This document shows positions 35,280 to 36,901 of a stretch of 36,901 nucleotides of DNA, one piece after another. Position 1 is the stretch's first letter; each line of letters starts with the position of its first letter. The notes under the pieces were generated by a model. That model saw nothing but the letters and a program-made list of their open reading frames with translations, was not told the origin of the DNA and ran no database searches. The stretch is from Deltaproteobacteria bacterium (GTDB lineage: Bacteria > Myxococcota > Kuafuiibacteriia > Kuafuiibacteriales > Kuafuiibacteriaceae), in NCBI GenBank assembly GCA_040218735.1, contig JAVJQW010000030.1, forward strand, positions 1-36,901, given 5' to 3'. The position numbers and the translations under genes were made by a program.

Positions 35280-35308
35280 CTCGCAGTCGGCACCAGGAGG
35301 TACTCGCC

Positions 35309-35719
35309 ATGGCACGAACCGCCATCAACACCAACAACCCGCGTCCGATCGCCGACTTCGGCGTACCCGACCAACTCGAGGTCGGACCCGAGCGGCGCGC
35401 GACGGGGTACGCCACGGCCGACGTGTTCGAGCGCGGTGGACCGCGCGTCATGAACGCGGGGCTGTTCCCGCCGACGGAGCGCGAGGTGCGACAGAAGCTC
35501 ACGCGGCTCCTCGGACGCTTCGGGGACGATCCACGGAAGGCTTTCGATCACTACGACCGAAACCGTGACGGGAAGCTCGACGCACGCGAGATCCAGACCG
35601 CGGTGCGCGACGCAGGGATCGGTTGGCCAGAGACGGTGAGCTCGAAGATCCTCGAGCGCTTCGACCGCGACAAGAACGGCGGGCTCGACTTCGAAGAGTT
35701 CCGGTCGCTCGGCCGCTGA
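35309..35719 (+). CDS. EF-hand calcium-binding protein (two canonical loops)
   Basis: Loops DRNRDGKLDARE and DRDKNGGLDFEE; AGGAGG SD. Confidence 0.9.
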   Translation: MARTAINTNNPRPIADFGVPDQLEVGPERRATGYATADVFERGGPRVMNAGLFPPTEREVRQKLTRLLGRFGDDPRKAFDHYDRNRDGKLDAREIQTAVRDAGIGWPETVSSKILERFDRDKNGGLDFEEFRSLGR

Positions 35720-35724
35720 ACGAC

Positions 35725-36396
35725 TCAGACCAAGCTCGGCGCCCGCGCGTCCGCCTGCCCGGCGAGCGTGCGCGGCGTCGAGCCCTGCTCGACGATCTTC
35801 AGCACCTCGTCCAGCGCGGGCCCCGGCTCGCGGAAGTCGAGGTGCGTGGTGTCGATCGTGAGGACCGGACACAGGTCGAAGGTCCTGAAGAAGCGTCCGT
35901 AGGCCTCACCGAGATCGCGGATGTACTCCGGATCCATGTCCATCTCGTAGGAGCGCCCGCGCCGGCGGATCCGCTCCATCACCACGTCGTGATCCGCGCG
36001 CAGGTAGATCACCAGGTCGGGCGTCACGACCTGCGGTCGGAGCACCGAGAACAGGTTCTCGTAGACGGCGAGCTCGTGCTCTTCGAGCGTGAGCACCGCG
36101 AAGATGCGATCCTTGTCGAAGACGTAGTCGGAGATCGTCCGCGCGCGGAACAGGTCCCCCTGCGCCAGGACTTCCTGCTGCTTGAAGCGCGACATCAGGA
36201 AGAACAGCTGCGTCGACAGCGCGTACGCGCGCCGGTCGGTGTAGAAGCGCGCGAGGAACGGGTTCTCTTCGAACTCCTCGAGGACCGTGCGCCCGGTGAG
36301 GTGCTTCGCGAGCTGGTGCACGAGGGTGGTCTTGCCGACGCCGATCACGCCCTCGACCGCCACGTACCGATGCCCCGCCGACCCCGCCCCGCTCAA
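35725..36396 (-). CDS. Deoxynucleoside kinase (dAK/dGK family)
   Basis: P-loop EGVIGVGKTT, ENPFLARFY, QLFFLMSR, DYVFDKDRIFA, PDLVIYL and lid RIRRRGRSYE. Start uncertain. Confidence 0.93.
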   Translation of the reverse strand: MSGAGSAGHRYVAVEGVIGVGKTTLVHQLAKHLTGRTVLEEFEENPFLARFYTDRRAYALSTQLFFLMSRFKQQEVLAQGDLFRARTISDYVFDKDRIFAVLTLEEHELAVYENLFSVLRPQVVTPDLVIYLRADHDVVMERIRRRGRSYEMDMDPEYIRDLGEAYGRFFRTFDLCPVLTIDTTHLDFREPGPALDEVLKIVEQGSTPRTLAGQADARAPSLV

Positions 36397-36433
36397 CGCG
36401 GTAGTTGGCCTATCGGAGGCCCGGCCAGTTTGT

Positions 36434-36901
36434 CTAGGTCGAAGCCCGCCGCGAATGCGGCGGGTCTGAGGCCTAGGAGGCCGTTTCAGATAGCCGGCAG
36501 GGGAGTGCCCAGGATTGGCTTCGCTTTTGGCGTCGGCCGGGGACCTCTCCTCCGGTCAGAAGCCGTTCGTCTCGCCGGGTGGGTCCCCTCGGCTTCGCTG
36601 TTTGCCGAGGCGGGCGAGCCGAACTGATTCCCTACGGAGAGGTCCCCGCCCGCCGCCATCGCTCCGCTTCTCGAGTTGCCTTCGCTCGGCGATCCGATGG
36701 GGTGGGTGACCCGTGGCGCTTCGTTCCATCGTTCGTGGTCGGTCGACGCGCTGCCCAGGTGCCCACTCCGCTCCGACATCGGGCGCGGCGACCTCGGTTC
36801 GGCTTGCTTTGCGACCGTCCGGCGCGGGGATCGCGTTGCGACGCTCGGCAGTACCTGGGCGCGTCGGCGGGGCGGTCCGGCTGTCGGAATCGCCGCGCCC
36901 G
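36434..36901. other. Non-coding, highly structured region (unknown ncRNA, leader or palindromic element), probably continuing off the window
   Basis: Stems at 36434-36476, 36529-36657 (20/22-bp outer stem with nested helices), 36742-36868 and 36780-36901. No credible ORF. Confidence 0.45.

Noticed and set aside
36486-36901. 97-aa minus ORF (frame open to the window edge) and 64-aa plus ORF
   Set aside because: Many A/T-ending codons unlike the genome's genes, no motifs, and dense inverted repeats favour non-coding. A divergent gene end cannot be fully excluded.
36407-36901. Assignment to 6S RNA, RNase P RNA, tmRNA, SRP RNA, group II intron or retron ncRNA
   Set aside because: Diagnostic motifs and usual gene context were not found, and no RT is visible. 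6S cannot be excluded without a covariance-model search.

Overview
GC-rich bacterial chromosomal window, probably Myxococcota or another 'deltaproteobacterial' lineage (inferred from codon bias, the many lipoproteins, Cys-rich beta-helix protein and sigma54-type promoter). It opens with the trailer end of a CRISPR array (27 repeats of 36 bp, 26 spacers, I-G-like repeat). No cas genes are in view and the array runs off the left edge. About 26 genes follow, covering cell-envelope, phosphate-response and housekeeping functions. They include a TrmH methylase, lipoprotein prolyl oligopeptidase, Crp/Fnr regulator, PhoX, ino1, two M23 peptidases (one with a Ser-Asp repeat stalk), an operon of M17 peptidase-TDH-pgsB-pgsC-pgsW, PfkB kinase, phoBR, a vWA lipoprotein, a hybrid kinase, an EF-hand protein and a deoxynucleoside kinase. 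The best candidate for an undescribed system is the poly-gamma-glutamate locus. It lacks pgsA/capA and capD but faces a secreted hypothetical protein with a PghP-like Zn-hydrolase motif order, and that gene shares a Pho-box-like divergent promoter with phoBR. The window ends in about 500 nt of non-coding, strongly hairpin-forming sequence that matches no RNA family I recognise. All calls are by eye from motifs; no searches were run.
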